IMG/VR virus record: IMGVR_UViG_3300037834_000022
Coordinates: 1 to 45,498 of that record
Reading direction: 5' to 3' (one strand)
Source of the DNA: a virus
Lineage: Duplodnaviria > Caudoviricetes
DNA: 45,498 bases
This document shows, piece after piece, positions 43,794 to 45,498 of the stretch. The translations under genes and the position numbers were made by a program. Position 1 is the stretch's first letter. Every line of letters starts with the position of its first letter. The notes below the pieces were generated by a model. It was not told where the DNA came from, made no database searches, and was given only the letters and a program-made list of their open reading frames with translations.

Positions 43794-44231
43794 TTGGCCA
43801 GCGTCAGCATCCTCGGTCCCGTCGCACCCGGCGGCGCCGAAATTCCCTACTTCCTCCCCAGCGTACCTGCCGGCTTCCCCAGTCCGGCCCAGGATCACCT
43901 TGAGCAGCGCATCTCCCTCGACGAGTTGTTCGGCCTGCATCGACCGCAGATCTACCTGGTGCGCGTGGGCGGCGACAGCCTGAAGGGCCTGGGCATTCTC
44001 GACGGCGACCTGGTGTTGGTGGACAAAGCGCTGAAGGCGCGCCGCGGCGACGTGGTAGTGGCGTGTGTGAACGGCGAACCGCTGCTGAAGATCCTCGAGG
44101 GCGACCAGCACCAAGTGATCCTGCTCTCGGCCAACCCGCAGTACCCGCCGCGCTATGTGCTCGAGGCCGAGGAGTTCCAGGTGTGGGGCGTGTTCATCGG
44201 CCTGTGCCGGCAGGGCCGCCACTGTGGCTGA
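43794..44231 (+). CDS. umuD: DNA polymerase V subunit UmuD/RulA
   Basis: VPAGFPSPAQD, VGGDSL, PLLK; TTG start. Confidence 0.9.
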   Translation: MASVSILGPVAPGGAEIPYFLPSVPAGFPSPAQDHLEQRISLDELFGLHRPQIYLVRVGGDSLKGLGILDGDLVLVDKALKARRGDVVVACVNGEPLLKILEGDQHQVILLSANPQYPPRYVLEAEEFQVWGVFIGLCRQGRHCG

Positions 44232-45498
44232 GCACGTGTTCGCGCTGATCGACTGCAACGCCTTCTACTGCAGCTGCGAGCGAGTGTTTCGGCCCGACCT
44301 GGCGCGCACGCCCATCGTGGTGCTGAGCAACAACGACGGCTGCGTGGTGAGCAGAACGGCCGAGGCCAAGGCGCTGGGCGTGCCGATGGGTGTGCCGTGG
44401 TTCCAGATCCGCAAGGAGTTCGAGGCGGCCGGCGGGATAGCATTCAGCTCCAACTATGCGCTATACGGCGACATGAGCGAGCGGGTGATGACGGTGATCG
44501 AGAGTCTGGTGCCGGCGCTGGAGGTGTACAGCATCGACGAAGGGTTCGCCGAGCTGACCGGCATGCTCGGCGACCTCGATGTGCTCGGCCGCGAGATCCG
44601 CGCCCAGGTGCTGGCGTGCACCGGCATCCCCACCGGCGTCGGCATCGGGCCGACCAAGACCCTGGCCAAGCTGGCCAACTACGCGGCGAAGCGCTGGCAG
44701 AAGCAAACGGGCGGGGTGGTTGATATCCGCGACCCTGATCGGCGCGCCAAGCTGTTGGCCGCTACGCCCGTGGGCGAGGTGTGGGGCGTAGGCCGGCGGC
44801 TGACCACCCGCCTGGGCGACCTGAGCATCAAGACGGCTGCCGACCTGGCCGCGGCCGATGCCTGGACCCTGCGCAAGCAGTTCAGCGTGGTGCTGGAGAA
44901 GACGGCGCGCGAACTGCGGGGCATCGCCTGCCTCGAGCTGGACGGCGAGGCGCCGCCGAAGCAGGAGATTTGCTGCAGCCGGATGTTCGGCAAGCGCCTG
45001 CGCGAGCTGCCGCCGATCCGCGAGGCGGTGGCCACCTATGCCGCCCGGGCCTGCGAGAAGCTGCGCGCCCAGGGCTCGGTGTGCAAGCGGGTGCGGGTGA
45101 GCATCCGCACCGGCATGTTCAACCCGGACGAACCCAAGTTCGCCCGCGGCGTGATGTGCGAGCTGCCGTACCCGAGCGACGACACCCGGCTGATCACCCA
45201 GGCGGCGCTGGCCGGCCTGGAGCAGGTGTATCGCCCGGGCTTCGCCTTCAGCAAGTCCGAGGTGCTGCTGCTCGACCTGTGCCAGCGCGGCGAGTACACC
45301 GACGACCTGTTCGGCCCAACGCAGCCGAAGTCTTCGCAGAAGGTGATGGCGGTGCTGGATGCGGTGAACGCGAAGTGGGGGAGAGGGACGCTGCGCCCTG
45401 GCGTGGTGCCGCCGACACCAGAGTGGGGGATGAGGCGGGAGATGATGAGTCGGAGTTTTACTACCAGGCTGGAAGGATTGTGGCAGGTGACTGGTTAG
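44224..45498 (+). CDS. umuC: DNA polymerase V subunit UmuC/RulB (Y-family)
   Basis: ALIDCNAFYCSCE, LSNNDGC, YSIDE, TKTLAKLAN, WGMRREMMS. Confidence 0.93.
   Translation: MAEHVFALIDCNAFYCSCERVFRPDLARTPIVVLSNNDGCVVSRTAEAKALGVPMGVPWFQIRKEFEAAGGIAFSSNYALYGDMSERVMTVIESLVPALEVYSIDEGFAELTGMLGDLDVLGREIRAQVLACTGIPTGVGIGPTKTLAKLANYAAKRWQKQTGGVVDIRDPDRRAKLLAATPVGEVWGVGRRLTTRLGDLSIKTAADLAAADAWTLRKQFSVVLEKTARELRGIACLELDGEAPPKQEICCSRMFGKRLRELPPIREAVATYAARACEKLRAQGSVCKRVRVSIRTGMFNPDEPKFARGVMCELPYPSDDTRLITQAALAGLEQVYRPGFAFSKSEVLLLDLCQRGEYTDDLFGPTQPKSSQKVMAVLDAVNAKWGRGTLRPGVVPPTPEWGMRREMMSRSFTTRLEGLWQVTG

Larger units (their letters stand above)
1..45498. mobile_element. Lambda-like temperate prophage (siphovirus gene order), Pseudomonas-type host
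   Basis: Complete int/xis, cI/cro, replication, cos/terminase, portal, capsid, tail, tape measure and lysis modules in lambdoid order; att sites not within window. Confidence 0.95.

Noticed and set aside
1-45498. CRISPR arrays, tRNA/rRNA, IS elements, retron or DGR reverse transcriptase, att core repeats
   Set aside because: None seen; the window is trimmed to gene ends, so att sites cannot be assessed

Overview
The whole window is one apparently intact lambda-like (siphovirus-type) temperate prophage of a high-GC Pseudomonas-type host. It runs from the integrase stop codon (1) to the umuC stop codon (45498); att sites lie outside the window. Gene order is: int/xis; leftward early operon (PAPS-reductase-like, HD hydrolase, PrtN-like, antirepressor-like); two genes co-transcribed with cI; cI/cro switch; cII-like, TraR/PtrB-like, LysM, Toprim-VapE primase/helicase, PA0613-like late regulator; ori and late promoter; holins; cos; lambda-type head genes; tail with a -1 frameshift chaperone; endolysin/spanins; right-end accessory genes; SRAP and umuDC under a LexA box. 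The strongest signals not explained by standard annotation are: (1) RNA hairpins with an identical CCACCAC loop on both divergent early transcripts, three of them inside a ~400-nt almost continuously folded cro-cII leader; (2) two RsmN/RsmF-type CsrA paralogues flanking the lysis genes plus Rsm-consensus ANGGAN hexaloop hairpins in the late transcript; (3) a moron nested antisense inside a frame kept open and translationally coupled at both ends; (4) a 26-aa DinQ-like peptide absent from the ORF track with a candidate antisense sRNA; (5) a LexA box in front of a Panacea toxin-antitoxin moron in the tail operon. All family assignments come from motif recognition by eye; no searches were run.
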